From assembly GCF_006345805.1 (NCBI RefSeq), contig NC_043019.1, forward strand, positions 30,875,360 to 30,939,359: 64,000 nt of DNA, given 5' to 3'. This document shows, in pieces, positions 36,491 through 49,522 of this stretch. Source of the DNA: Octopus sinensis. Taxonomy: Eukaryota. Every line of letters begins with the position of its first letter. Position 1 is the stretch's first letter. The translations under genes and the position numbers were made by a program. Under the pieces are notes generated by a model. The model saw nothing but the letters and a program-made list of their open reading frames with translations. It searched no databases and had not been told where the DNA came from.

Positions 36491-36743
36491 TTCATAATAA
36501 TTACTCTCTCTCTCTCTTATTCCATAAGTGTGGTCCCAGGAATTTTTCAAAGGAAGGGCACAAGGTCAGAAGGGAATGTAATTCCAGGAGAAAAGGGTTT
36601 AATGGCATTATTTAGAAGAGTGCACTTCTTTTCTTGGGTGGGTGGGGGGATGTGCTCCTCAGTCACCTCGCCCTCTGGGTCTGCCCCTGATAAGCAACTA
36701 TAAACAACAGCAGTTCCAAGTCAAATAATCATGTGTGCATATA

Positions 36744-36961
36744 AAAGGGGGTGCTGAAAAGTTCCTGGCTTTAAGAGTCTTGTGAAAGGCCTGGCTGGAG
36801 GCCCTAGGTTCCAAGTTCTTTTACAGGGTTTAGAAAAACTGAAGGACCACAGCAATAAGTGTGTGAATCTGAGAGGGGAATATGTTGAATAAAATCATAA
36901 TTGACTGATCCACTTCTATTTTCATTTACCCAAAACCCAGGAACTTTTGAGCACCCCCTTG
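36744..36961 (+). mobile_element. Mariner-derived MITE
   Basis: TIRs AAGGGGGTGCTGAAAAGTTCCTGG / CCAGGAACTTTTGAGCACCCCCTT; internal FLQGLEKLKDHSNKCVNLRGEYVE* resembles a mariner C-terminus. Confidence 0.85.
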
Positions 36962-39366
36962 TCTGATGCATATACATGATGAACTTCTTTTAGCTACCAT
37001 CTACCATGGGTCAGCCTGGAGCTATAACAGAAAACTCCTGTCCAAGGTGTCACACAGTGGGATTGAACCCAGAACCCCATGTGGTTGGGAAGCAAGCTTC
37101 TTACAACACAGCCACATCTGTACCTATATACTGCAAGATAAATCCTAAACTTGAGCCAGCCTTGTGTATGTAAACAAATTAAAATTAATACATAAGATAG
37201 ATGTAAATGAATGACTGCCTTTATTTATACAATTTCACTGTGGACAGAAAGAGAAGGGTCAGCTAGACTATAGCATTGCTAGACATTACAGTCTCATGAA
37301 CAACTGTTTACAGAGAGAGAGAGAGAGAGGTTGGGCTTTCACAGTTTCTGTTTAACAAATGCCACTAGCAAAGTATTGATTAACATAAGGCTATGATAGA
37401 CAATGTACCATGAAACCTAGAACCATGTGTTTGCAAAGCTAGCTTCTGAACCATTCAGATATACCTGGCTTGCATCCATTACTTTGAGAAGCCAAATAAT
37501 ATTGTTCAATTACTCAAGAGGAATTCAATCTTGTTTACATAAAGAAATCAGAAAACGTTCTTTTAGTTTTCTGTATTCTTTTAACACACAAATGATTAAA
37601 AAAAAAAAATGTGTATTTGGTTTCCCCTATTAATTCTCTTCTATTTCTATATATTTCTTGTAAAATGCTTGAGATGTATTTGTATCGAAATACTAAAACA
37701 AACACCTATAAACTAATTGTTTTATCTCAAATTAAATAATTGTTTTAAAGCAGGGAAGGAAAAAGCTAGTTGGTTTTCATAACAAAATGAAAGCAAGAGA
37801 CACAAGAATCGTCCAACCTTCCAATCACAAAGACTAACATTGTTATTGTCTTTTTCAATTGTAATTAAAAGTATGAACTTAATTGAAATTGAAGAAGAAA
37901 TCAGCTTGCTTGCTTGGAGAACATAATTAAGTAGTTCTTGATGTATATGTTATGCTATTTGACGACATACATTCTCTCTTTTATCATTTCCTGACAGTAG
38001 ACTGAGGCCATGCTGGAGCACTGCTATCAAGGGTTTTAGTTGATGATATCACTAATATATTCAGCTCAAATTGGTCCATATTCATCAATCTTTTGCAAAT
38101 AGCTAAAGGTGACAATCTAGAAGAATCGTTAGCATGTCAGAAAAAATCGTTAGCATGTCAGTGGCATTTCTTCTGGTTTGAATGTTATGAGTTCAAATCC
38201 TGTCATGGTCAGTTTTGCATTTCATCTCCTCAAGGTCAACTATTGTCCCCTTTCCACAAAATTTCTGGCCTTGAACCCTATGACAGACCAGCATTCTATC
38301 AAGGGGCATGTTGTAATCTCTGTCACATACAGGGATGTGCATGGCTTAGTGGTTACGGTGTTGGCCACACAATCATAAGATTGTGGTTTCGATTCCTGGA
38401 CTGGGCGATGCATTGTGTTCTTGAGCAAAACACTTCATTTCACATTGCTCCAGTCCAATCAGCTGGCAAAAATGAGTCATCCTGCAAAGGACTGGTGCCC
38501 TATCCAGGTGGGAAATATATACACCATGAAACTGAGAAACTGACCCTTATGAGTCAGTATTATTTGAGAAGGTAACTTTACCTTTGCCTGTTACTTACAC
38601 ATCATGGAAACATGAGTGAAAATATATAGAAAAGAACTTTGAAAATGCAGAGGTCTTTTAGAGATGTTTATTGACTTGACCACTTTTTAAAAAAAGTATT
38701 ATCAAAATTAAAATATAAAGCTTTGTATAAGCTTTGTTGTGTTAGAAAATGGCTATAACAATTGCATTAAAATACAGTTATACAGTCTTTGATAATGATA
38801 AGAAAATGTTAAAAAATAGAATCTTTGACAATAAGAAAATGTTAAGTGGAGCTTTTTGTTTAAACAGTTTACATGAAAGTGTTCAAAAGAGGTAGTAAAA
38901 TGAAGTTATAATTATTCTAAGTTCATAAAAAATCATGGTATGATAGAAGTCACTTGCCTAAAATGTCAGTCATCGAGATTGAACACAGAACCACATGGCT
39001 GTCATTATCACAAGCTAGCTGTGAAAAATAACATTGTTTTTAGTCATGCTACTACTTTATTCTGAATATTATATGCTATCAGTTTGTTATCAACTGGGCC
39101 ATAAACTATAGTAAATCAAATGCAAAAATATTGGAAAAATCCCGATCACACACATGCACACATATGCAGTTCCTCATAATGGGATATTAGTAGTTCTTTT
39201 TCTTTGAATAATTATTTTTTAAAACTGCTATCTTTATACAGAAATAAAAAAAACATTAATATTATTTCAAACACTGATATTGGACCAACTGTAATAAATG
39301 CCATAAAAGAACATTAACAGAACTAAACATTCTTTCAAATTGTGAACATGGAAACACACACGCACG

Positions 39367-39405
<39 letters not shown>

Positions 39406-39576
39406 TATATAACATTTCAATAGTAAAAAAGAAATAATATGACAGTATCATCTTTTACATTTAACCTATTCTCTTTATTTCAAATATCTGCAATAATATG
39501 ATCAATTGTTGATTTGAGCAACTACTATGTTGATGAGTTTTTGAAGAAATCCATCCAAAGTGAATTGCGTTTCACT

Positions 39577-39690
39577 GTGCTTTTGATAAATTGACTGTTT
39601 TTGATAAATTGACACTAAATTGACTGGTTTTGATAATTTGACTGCTTTTGATAAATTGACACTAAATTGACTGCTTTTGAGATTTGACCT
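39577..39690. repeat. Short minisatellite (TTTTGATAAATTGAC/ACTAAATTGAC units)
   Basis: Directly visible. Confidence 0.85.
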
Positions 39691-39861
39691 TAGAGTGCAT
39701 GATGATGATGATCATGATGATGATGATGATCATGATACAATAAGTCAAATAAAATACTTGCTTTTAATGGTACCAATCCACCCGAGATCACCTCTGATTC
39801 TTTTATACAGAATCCTCTTATATTATGGTTCATTTTAAATAAAAAATTGTTTTTGTAATAA

Positions 39862-40480
39862 TCTTTTCTTTTCTAGGCACAAGGCCTGAAATTTTTGGGG
39901 AGGGGAGCCAGTCAATTAAATATACCCCAGTACATAACTGGTACTTAATTTATCGACCCTGAAAGATTGAAAGGCAAAGTCAGCCTCGGCGGAATTTGAA
40001 CTCAGAACGTAAAGACAGACGAAATACTGCTAAGCATTTCACCTGGCATGCTAATGCTTCTGCCAGCTCACCACCTTATTGTCTTTGTAATAATCTTTTC
40101 TATTCTAGGCACAAGGCCCGAAATTTTTGGGGAGGGCCAGTCGATTAGATTGACCCCAATATACAACTGATACTTAATTTATCATCCCAAAGAGGATGTA
40201 GTGCAAAGTGGAATTTGAACTCAGAACGTAAAGGCAGATGAAATACCTATTTCTTTACTACCCACAAGAGGCTAAATACAGAGAGGACAAACAAGGACAG
40301 ACAAACAGATTAAGTCGATTATATCGACCCCAGTGCTTAACTGGTACTTATTTAATTGACCCCGAAAGGATGAAAGGCAAAGTCGACCTTGGTGGAATTT
40401 GAACTCAGAACGTAACGGCAGATGAAATACGGCTACACATTTTGCCCGGCGTGCTAACATTTCTGCCAGCTCACTGCCTT
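39862..40480 (-). mobile_element. Three tandem family-B SINE units
   Basis: Repeated GGAATTTGAACTCAGAACGTAA; spacer CCTTATTGTCTTTGTAA repeated. Confidence 0.85.
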
Positions 40481-42676
40481 ATTGTCTTTGTAACAATAAC
40501 ATAAGAAATATTATGCTTCAAACCCCATCTCAGTTAAGAGACGGTTTAGTCATTTTTACTCAATCTCATCAAATTTGATTATTTTCTAAATTAAGGGAAA
40601 CCCATAGTAAAGTGTGTGGAGTCACGTGGCTTAGTGGGTAGGGTGTCATCATCATGATCGTAAGATTGTGGTTTCAATACCTGGACTGGGCGACACGTTA
40701 TGTTCTTGAGCAAAACACTTCATTTCATGTTGCTGCAGTCCACTCAGCTGGCAGAAATGAGTAATGCTGCGATGGACTGGCATCCAGCTGGGGAACACAT
40801 ATGCCATTGAAACCTGGAAACTGGGCCCATGAGCCTGGCTAGGCTTTAAAAGGGCGCATTTATTTTATTATTGTAGTAAAGTGTATTTCAGCAGGAATAT
40901 AGACACACAAGGGTTAAAATAGAATTTGTAAGCCATTAGTAAAATATAATTTTATTTGTATTAAACCAAGAACAACATAAGTAAGAAAATGAAAGAGATC
41001 TTGACAAAAATTAACCACAGGGTGGTGTTTGTTTGCTTCAAGGTTTTCTAGGTTTTTGATATCAGTGTTGCTTTCTTCAAGTAGCTTAATTTGAAGACTT
41101 GTCAAGCGTTTCTACCACAACAAAAGAAATTTAAAGAATACTTGAGATAAGAAAACAAAAAACAAAACAAAACGAAAAAAGGTAAAATAATAAAAATAAA
41201 TAAATAAAATGTATACAGAAATTCAGGACAACTGGGTCAAGCAAATGTCATCTCTCCTTAAACAATTAAGCAATTGTTTGATATTAAGGTCACTGGACAA
41301 ATAGATAGAATATTATTATTGTCTTCAGGAATCTTGTTTCTCACTGAATCAATTGTGGTAGAATTTTAATAGAGTCATTGTGTGTGTGTGTGTGTGTGTG
41401 TGCCTGCATGCATGCTTTGGGTATGTGTACAATTAATAAAAACAGCTAGTTTGCTTTTCTTTTCTGTTCATTTCTTGTGAATAAAACATAGCCTTCAAAT
41501 GGTACAGAGTAAATATTGGTGAGATAATTAAATTTCAAATTAACGTAAATTTTAAGTCATGTAATATTAATGCGTTGTACATATATAAAAAAAGAAAATA
41601 ATTTCTGTTTTAAAAATCGAGTAACAATGCTCAGGAAACATACTGAAAAACAATCATTAATCCATACAATAATTAAAAAAAATATGGCTGTGTGGTAAGT
41701 AGCTTGCTTACCAACCACATGGTTCCAGGTTCAGTCCCACTGTGTGACACCTTGGGCAAGTGTCTTCTATAGCCTCAGGCTGGCCAAAGCCTTGTGAGTG
41801 GATTTGGCAGATGGAAACTGAAAGAAGCCCATCATATATATGTGTGTGTGCGTGTGTGTGTATATATGTATATCTGTTTGTCTTTGCCCCCCCCCCCACA
41901 TCACTTGACAACTGATGCTGGTGCATTTACTTCCCTGTAACTTAGCGGTTCAGCATAAGAGACCAATAGAATAAGTACTAGGCTTACAAAGAATAAGTCG
42001 TGGGGTTGATTTATGCTCCAGCATGGCCACAGGTAAATAACTAAAACAAGTAAAAAAAAAAATCAATCTTAAAATGAAATAAATTTGAGTGATTTTTTTG
42101 TTCTTTGATAACTGAAAAAATTGTCTGAAAATTCTCTTCACAAGTTTCTGATCAAACTGCCTCATCTCACGTATATCATTATCAGCCTATCTGTTGATTC
42201 AACTATTACTATCCGCACAACAATTCAGCCCATAACAGATTCCGTATCTGTTAAAGATAGCAGCCAAAAGTTCCTCAAATCATACCCTACCATCATAAAA
42301 AAGACAGATTCTTTTTATTCTAGGCACAAGGCCCGAAATTTTGTTGGGGAGGGCTAGTCGATTGAATCGACTCCAGTATCTGACTGGTACTTAATTTATT
42401 GACCCTGAAAGGATGAAAGGCAAAGTCAACCTCGGCAGAATTCGAACTCAGAACGTAAAGACAGATGAAATACTGCTAAGCGTTTCACCCGGCAGATGTG
42501 GTTTCAGCCAGGTTGGTATCGAAATGGTTAAATAGTTCCCTGATAGAGAGTTAATGATTACCAAGAATGTTTTAAAAAAATTTGGCTGCTATTTTTAGCA
42601 GTCAAGTGACTCTAAAGAAATTTTATTATGAACTGATGTCCACTTCAACCTACACAACATTGATATAACTTCATCC

Positions 42677-43203
42677 TTAACCTTTTTGTTACCATATTTC
42701 TGTTGAGATGCTCTATTTCTTTCAATTAATTTTTAATATTACAAAGAATTTAGTAAAATAACTTAGTTATCATTAAGCTAGTGTTAGGGACAAATTGTGA
42801 CTAAGGTTTGGTGGAAGATTTCAATTCAGAACTTTTGAAAACAAGACATTTGTACTACAGAGCCAGAAACGGTTTCAGACAAGTTGATATCCTTCTTCTT
42901 GAGCCATGCCTGGCTCATAAGGGCCGGTTTTCTGGTTTCCATGGCATATAGGTTCCCCACATGGACGGGATGCCGGTCCGTCACAGGTGAGCTGCTAGAT
43001 GTAGGAGGAAAGAGTGAGAAAAAGTTGTGGCAAAAGAGTCAGCAGAAGTTCACCATTACCTTCTGCCGGACCTGTGTTTTGCTCATAAACACACACAACG
43101 CCCGGTCTGAGATTCAAACCCACGATCCCTCAACCGTGAGTTCGCTGCTCTAACCACTAGGCCATGTGCCTCCACACAGACAGGTTGGTATCGAAAGGGT
43201 TAA
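42677..43203 (+). mobile_element. piggyBac MITE family 1 interrupted by a family-C SINE (42892-43176, minus)
   Basis: TTAA termini; SINE TSD CAGACArGTTGrTATC at 42876-42891 and 43177-43192. Confidence 0.88.
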
Positions 43204-43939
43204 TCCTAGATTAGCTTAATTAGAAACAGAAACCCTAAATCAGAAATAGTGAGGAGCCAAAGAAATGGAGTCTCAACTATTACACAGATAATAAGCTAAT
43301 CTCTTTATTGGGTGTCTTTCTTAAATGTTATGGCGGTCAGTTGTTAGATAAGATATAATGTGGTATTTGTCCTACTTCTCTGTGCTCTGAGTTTAAATTC
43401 CATCAAAGTCAATTTTGCCTTTCAGGGATGGTTGTGCGGTGCAGAAGCTTGCTTTGCAACCATGTGGTTTCGGGTTCAGTCCCACAGTGTGGTACTTTGG
43501 GAAAATGTCTAACATAAGCATAGGACCAAAAGTTTAGAAGGAGGGTTTTGATTCATCCTTTTGGAGTCAATAAAATAAATATCAGTTGAGCACTGGGGAC
43601 AATGTAACCAACTTACCCCCTCCCTCACAACTCCCAGTCTTGTGCCTCATAGAAAAGGCTAATAATTATCATTTTAAAATGATTTCCACAAGGGCAGCTT
43701 GGGGGAGGTGGAGATGAGTCGATTACATCGACCCCAGTGTTCAACTGGTACTTATTTTATTGACCCTGAAAGGATGAAAGGCAAAGTTGACCTTGGCGGA
43801 ATTTGAACTCAGAACATAGCGATGGGTGAAATACCTATTTCTTTACTACCCACAAGGGGCTAAACACAGAAGGGACAAACAAGGACAGACAAACGGATTA
43901 AATCGATTATATCAACCCCAGCGTGTAACTAGTTCTTAT

Positions 43940-44716
43940 TTCCTTTTCTTTTGTGCAGGTTCTCCTGAACAAATTCCAAAATGCTTCATCCTTTGTAGGC
44001 TCTCTTCCCTTCGTAACTCCTCTGTTAAGAGCTAAATCATTGAATGACTACAAGATAGACTGCCTTGGAAAGCATGTGTGCCACCTTTCTATGGCATTAT
44101 TTGTTCACAGGAAATCCATCTGAAATCTCCTAAAAACATTCCACAATGATATTGGAAATTTCAGTTTTCTTCTAAGGTTGTTTACCAATGAGTGGCCAAT
44201 ATAATTATCTTTGAAACATTTGAAAATAATCTTCATCATAATTTTCCATCTCTGGTCCCCGTGTCGGTGGCACTGGCCCCCATGTCGGTGGCACGTAAAA
44301 GCACCATCCATTCGTGTCTGTTGCCAGCCTCGTCTGGCACCTGTGCGGGTGGCACGTAAAAAGCACCCACTACACTCACGGAGTGGTTGGCGTTAGGAAG
44401 GGCATCCAGCCGTAGAAACACTGCCAGATCTGACTGGGCCTGACGAAGCCTTCCAGCTTCACAGACCCCAGTTGAACCATCCAACCCATGCTAGCATGGA
44501 AAGCGGACGCTAAATGATGATGATGATGATGATGATGTATGGCTTGAAGCCCTTCTTCGACATCATCTGCAGGGAGAAATGCTGTGCAGGTCATCACAAT
44601 GCCATGTAATTGAGGGTTTGCGTAGCGTTATCCTTTGTATAGATGAAACCATAATAGGCTATTTTGTTTTTGCCATGATTTGAAACAATAATATCAAAGT
44701 TAGATATGAATGCCTC
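43940..44716 (-). pseudogene. Internally deleted FLYWCH/MULE (Mutator-like) transposase relic, split by a family D copy (44250-44537)
   Basis: FDIIVSNHGKNKIAYYGFIYTKD..SITWHC (FLYWCH-like), TAFLPADDVEEGLQAI, and FKDNYIG..RRKLKFPISLWNVFRR..*TNNAIERWH (MULE TNNxxExWH motif). Confidence 0.65.
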
Positions 44717-45102
44717 AGTGGAGGCGCAATGGCCCAGTGGTTAGGGCAGCGGACTCGCGGTCATAGGATCGCGGTTTCGATTCCCAGACCAGGCGTTGTG
44801 AGTGTTTACTGAGCGAAAACACCTAAAGCTCCACGAGGCTCTGGCAGGGGATGGTGGTGATCCCTGCTGTACTCTTTCACCACAACTTTCTCTCACTCTT
44901 ACTTCCTGTTTCTGTTGTACCTTTATTTCAAAGGGCTGGCCTTGTCACTCTCTGTGTCACGCTGAATATCCCCGAGAACTACATTAAGGGTACACGTGTC
45001 TGTGGAGTGCTCAGCCACTTACACGTTAATTTCACGAGCAGGCTGTTCCGTTGATTCAGATCAACCGGAACCCTCGTCGTCGTAACCGACGGAGTGCTTC
45101 AG
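44717..45102 (+). mobile_element. tRNA-derived SINE (family C head, distinct tail; resembles octopus OR-type SINEs) with 11-bp TSD
   Basis: TGGCCCAGTGG A box, GTTTCGATTCC B box, CpG-rich; TSD ATGAATGCCTC at 44706-44716 and 45103-45113. Confidence 0.88.
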
Positions 45103-45130
45103 ATGAATGCCTCTAATAACTTCGAATAAC

Positions 45131-45735
45131 TGTTTACATTATTTACATAATTTACATTCGACGGATATTTGTCCTCATCTTGTTTGTAAAAGAAGCAGCA
45201 CATATGCTAGGTCACAACAACCTCCTAAGCAGACCGAGTGAAGATATGAGCAGCATATGGGAACCGGTATTAAGGAAGGATAGGAAAATATTAGATTTAT
45301 AAGCCCTAAAATTCACTCCATAGTGGTTAAGAGTGCGAGCTACTAACCCCAAGATTCTAAGTTCGATTCCAAGCACTGAACTGAATAATGATAACAACAT
45401 CGAAAACTACCTTAGGATTGAGAACCCAGGTTTGAAGAAGGGTGGAGGGTATATCAGCTGCAATGTTGTGAATAATGTACATAATTCCTCATCTCTTAAC
45501 CCTTTCGTTACTGTATTTATTTTGAGATGCTCTGTGTTTCTTTCAATTAATTTTAAATATAACAAAGAATTTAATAAAAGAACTTAGTTATTAAGCTAGT
45601 GTTGGGAACTTAAATTGTGACTAAGGTTTGGTGGAAGATTTTAATTCAAAACTTATGAAAACAAGACATTTGTTCTACAGAGCCAGAGGTGGTTTTGGCT
45701 GGGTTGGTATCAAAAGGGTTAAATATAGAACTGTA
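45131..45735 (+). mobile_element. Penelope-like tRNA/hammerhead element, copy 2 (short inverted arm, decayed hammerhead, MITE in tail)
   Basis: Inverted arm 45131-45187, then plus-strand body with TAGTGGTTAAGAG..GTTCGATTCC, decayed TGAAGAAGGGTGGAGGGTATATCAGCTGCAATGTTGTG and tail ATAATTCCTCATCTC[TTAA MITE]ATATAGAAC. Confidence 0.7.
45496..45722 (+). mobile_element. piggyBac-type MITE family 1
   Basis: TTAA duplicated relative to the empty homologous site CATCTCTTAAATATAGAAC at ~11235-11253. Confidence 0.92.
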
Positions 45736-46443
45736 TTTTTGAATAACTGATTTGATAAACAAGGTCATTTAAGTTAATGCTCATCAATTGCTGATGTCAA
45801 TCACAATATATACGATGGTATATATTTTGCTTTAAGTTAACCTTTGCTGAAAGTACTGTTCGCTCATAGTGTTTCATTCAAAAATGATTTCACTAAAAAA
45901 TAACTTTGTTCAGGATGAATGGCATCTTTTATTTGTTCTCCCATCATGTAAACCAGTCACGGGTAAACTGTGACCTAATAAAAGAATTACCTTGAATATT
46001 TCAGTAGTGTGGCCTGCTTGATGGTGAGCCAAGTTTCAAGTGGTACACTTCTCTAAAACAGTGTTGCCCATCCCGGATGTGAACTATAATGAATGGTTAT
46101 AATTCTGACTTAATGTGATAAAAAAACATTAGCTGAAGTGGGGTGTCAGTGCAAAATACATAAGCTGGTATTTTAACAACACATCAACTTTGTCATTTAA
46201 CCTTTTAGGTGAAGTGTAAGAGGTCAAACAAATAAATCTTTGTAGGATAATGATAAAAAGTAAATAAAGCTGTAAAGTATTTTCAGAAGTACTTACATAT
46301 ACAAATATATATATCCAGGAATACATACAAAAGCATTTGTACAAATATATACTGAATTATTTATACATTAGTATATATAATGTTACAAATACAGGCATTC
46401 ATCATAAATTAGGAATAAGTTAATGTGTTGTGTATTTTGTATG

Positions 46444-46770
46444 TCATCATCATCATCATCGTTTAACGTCCGTTTTCCATGCTAGCATGGGTTGGACGGT
46501 TTGACCGGGTTCTGGGAAGCCAGGAGGCTGCACCAGGCTCCAGTCTGATCTGGCAGTGTTTCTACAGCTGGATGCCCTTCCTAACGCCAACCACTCCATG
46601 AGAGTAGTGGGTGCTTTTTACGTGCCACCAGCACAGGGGCCAGGGGAGGCTGGCAAGCGGCCACGATCGGTTGGTGCTTTTTACGTGTCACCGACATGGA
46701 TGCCAGTCAGGCAGAGCTGGCATCAGCTATGTTTGGATGGTGCTTTTTACGTGCCACCGGCATGGATATC
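46444..46770 (-). mobile_element. Family D retroelement copy
   Basis: (CAT)n tail and three GGTGCTTTTTACGTG repeats. Confidence 0.75.
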
Positions 46771-47255
46771 ATAACTAGAATTTCCATTTGATTTTTATTT
46801 TGATGTTGGTGTTGACGTACATCACTCAAGCAAAACAGGTCACTCTACGATCCAAGGTTAGCACAGCAGGCTGTCCTGCCATGAACTCACTTCATTTGTT
46901 GGGTCTTCGCAATCACAGCATATCTCAGAGGTCTCGGTCTTTCATTATTTCCACATTGTATTTGGTAAATAAATTTCAGGTCAAGGTAGAAAAGTGTCTG
47001 CTTTTACTGTTGATTTGCTCCAGCTTTACCGAGCAGGACTTGTAGCCACACAGGGATTTGTGGCCCTGTGGGACTTGTGGCCTTGCTGGACTCGTTATCA
47101 ATGACTATGATGATGAACAATACCAATTATCACCATCATCTTCATTGTGGTTAGAATATGGAATTAGATATGTCTCACACAGATACACACCAAACAATGT
47201 GACAAGAATTGAATGCAACATAATGTGTATCTCGTTTCTTTGTCAAGTACTTTTA

Positions 47256-47826
47256 TATTGGGTTGTCCGGAAAGTTTATGCCAATTTATAGTAGCTTGCC
47301 TTTCGACTTATTTTAGAACATGGTTGAGTCCAGAAAAAAGGATTTGACTACACCTCCATTTAGAGCACAGTTTAAGCTATCTTTTCGTGGAAGAAGGTTT
47401 ATATTCCTATAACTTGTGTTAATTTTGTAACCCTTTAGAATGGAAGACAAGAAAGTTCATTTTTGGCACTTGATGCTTTGGGAACCAGACAAAAATTGCT
47501 GCAGCTCAGCTGGGATGTGTTACCCCACCCTCCATATTCACCAGATATTGATCCTTCGGATTTCCACTTATTCAGGTCTCTGCAGAATAGTCTTAATGGT
47601 AAAAATTTCAATTCCTTGGATGACGTAAAAAAGATACCTTGATGAATTCTTTGCCATGAAACTACCTCAATTCTGGGAAGATGGTGTTTTCAAGTTAAAG
47701 GAAAGATGGAGATGCATTGTGTAACAAAATGGTTCATATTTGGTTGATTAAAAATGTAATGGCAAGTATTTATTGACCTTTTTCTTTCCTTTAAAAATCG
47801 GCATGAACTTTCCAGACAACCCAATA
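47256..47826 (+). mobile_element. Internally deleted mariner transposon with both TIRs
   Basis: 32-bp TIR TATTGGGTTGTCyGGAAAGTTyATGCCrATTT flanked by TA; N-terminal MEDKKVHF joined to WDVLPHPPYSPDIDPSDFHLFRSLQN..RWRCIV*QNGSY. Confidence 0.93.
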
Positions 47827-48058
47827 TATATCTTAAAGATTCCATAATGGAATCATCTAGAAACAATGAGGAAAAATAATGTAATTTGCAGCAGAATCTT
47901 TGAAATTAACGGAAAATTAGTATTAGCAAAATAACACATTTGGTACTTATTTTACACCAAACTGTGAAGTTACAGGAAACACAAACAAACCAACACCAGT
48001 TGTTATATGGTGGTGGGGTGCAAACACTCACACACATGCTGGGCTTCTTTCAGTTTCT

Positions 48059-48484
48059 TATTTCTTTATTGCCCACAAGAGGTTAAACACAGAGGGGACA
48101 AACAAGGACAGACAAAGTGATTAAGTCGATTACATTGACCCCAGTGTGTAACTGGTACTTAATTTATTGACCCAAAAAGGATGTAAGGGAAAGTCGACCC
48201 CGGCGGAATTTGAACTCAGAATGTAATGACAGACGAAATACCTATTTCTTTACTACCCACAAGGGGCTAAACACAGAGAGGACAAACAAGGACAGACAAA
48301 GGAATTAAGTCAATTATATCGACCCTAGTGCATAACTGGTACTTATTTAATCGACCCCGAAAGGATGAAAGGTAAAGTCAACCTCGGCGGAATTTGAACT
48401 CTGAATGTAATGGCAGATGAAATACGGCTACGCATTCCGCCCGGCGTGCTAACGTTTCTGCCAGCTCGCCGCCTTTTTCTTTGT
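48059..48484 (-). mobile_element. Dimeric family-B SINE inserted in a family-A SINE, 14-bp TSD
   Basis: TSD TTCTTTCAGTTTCT at 48045-48058 and 48485-48498. Confidence 0.9.
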
Positions 48485-49317
48485 TTCTTTCAGTTTCTGC
48501 CCACCAAATCCACTCACAAGGCTTTGGGTTGGCCTGAAGATATAGTAGAAGACACTTGCCCAAGGGTACCATGCAGTAGGACTGAACCAAGAACCATGTT
48601 GCTGGGAAGTGAACTTCTTACCATGAAACCACACCATTTGATAGGATACTTACTTGCAAAAGCTCAAGTTTTAAAGTAGAAATTAACCTAAATTAAGAAT
48701 AATAATAAAAAAAAAAGAAAGCAAAAAGAAAACGGTATGCAGTTTTGCAAAGTAGCACACTCTGCTACCTGAAACCCAACCTAAAAACCTTGACTTTGGC
48801 TGGCATTTCAATGACAGTCCTTCATAGAATCATGAAACCAAAAGTAAATATAAACAGAAACCAGAACAACAAACATTAACATCATTAAATCTTAGCCACT
48901 GACTTAACAAAGAAAGCACTGTTTGAGCCATTGTGGTGGGGACTATGAAATAACTTGAGAATTACTGGCAGGCTTTCTTGTTTCATCACTTAAACAGTAA
49001 CAATTTCGAGAGGCCTCTATGTCAGATCAAATAATATTAGAATAATGCCAGTATATTGCCTTCCTTAAAAACATATCTATCTTATCTTTTGCTTTTTTCA
49101 GTCATTAGATTGTGGTCATACTGGGGCACTATCTTGAAGGTTTAAGTCAAATGAATTGACTGCCTTATTTTGTGGTCTCTTTTGCTGAACTGCTAAGTTA
49201 CAGTAGCATAAAGAAACCAATACCTATTGTCAAACAGCAGTGGTGGGGGAGGCAATAAAAAAAACACACACAAATATGCAGATATCTCTCTCTCCCTCTC
49301 TCTGTATGTATATATAT

Positions 49318-49522
49318 ATATGTTCTTTATTTAAAAGCTGCAGGAATATAACAAAAGCTGTTACTCAGAGTTTCACATTTCCGTTCATCGGACAGTTTTG
49401 TTAAAATAGAACACCTTTTGTTATATATCTGCTGCTTTTAAATAAAACATATTACTCTACCTCTGGTATTTGAGTACTCTTTTTTTCCACCTTGTTTCAC
49501 ATTTATGTGCTTACCCTGGTAT
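49318..49522. mobile_element. Second Penelope-like inverted terminal-repeat remnant, inside the (TA)n of a family-A SINE
   Basis: Inverted arms 49318-49358 and 49415-49452, unpaired tail to ~49520, hammerhead between and overlapping the arms. Confidence 0.65.
49350..49402 (-). ncRNA. Type I hammerhead ribozyme motif (U4C core variant)
   Basis: AACAAAACUGU-CCGAUGA-ACG[GAAA]UGU-GAA-ACU[CUG]AGU-A/ACAG(C)UUUUGUU: all three stems pair, GUA cleavage triplet. Confidence 0.7.

Noticed and set aside
44717-44800. tRNA gene (also at 150, 711, 11157, 54687)
   Set aside because: A/B boxes are present but I cannot form a proper acceptor stem, and each continues into a repeated body; these are SINE-type heads.
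45422-45470. Third active hammerhead
   Set aside because: Stem I 5' strand is deleted and the GAAAC core is mutated (GCAAT); a decayed copy.
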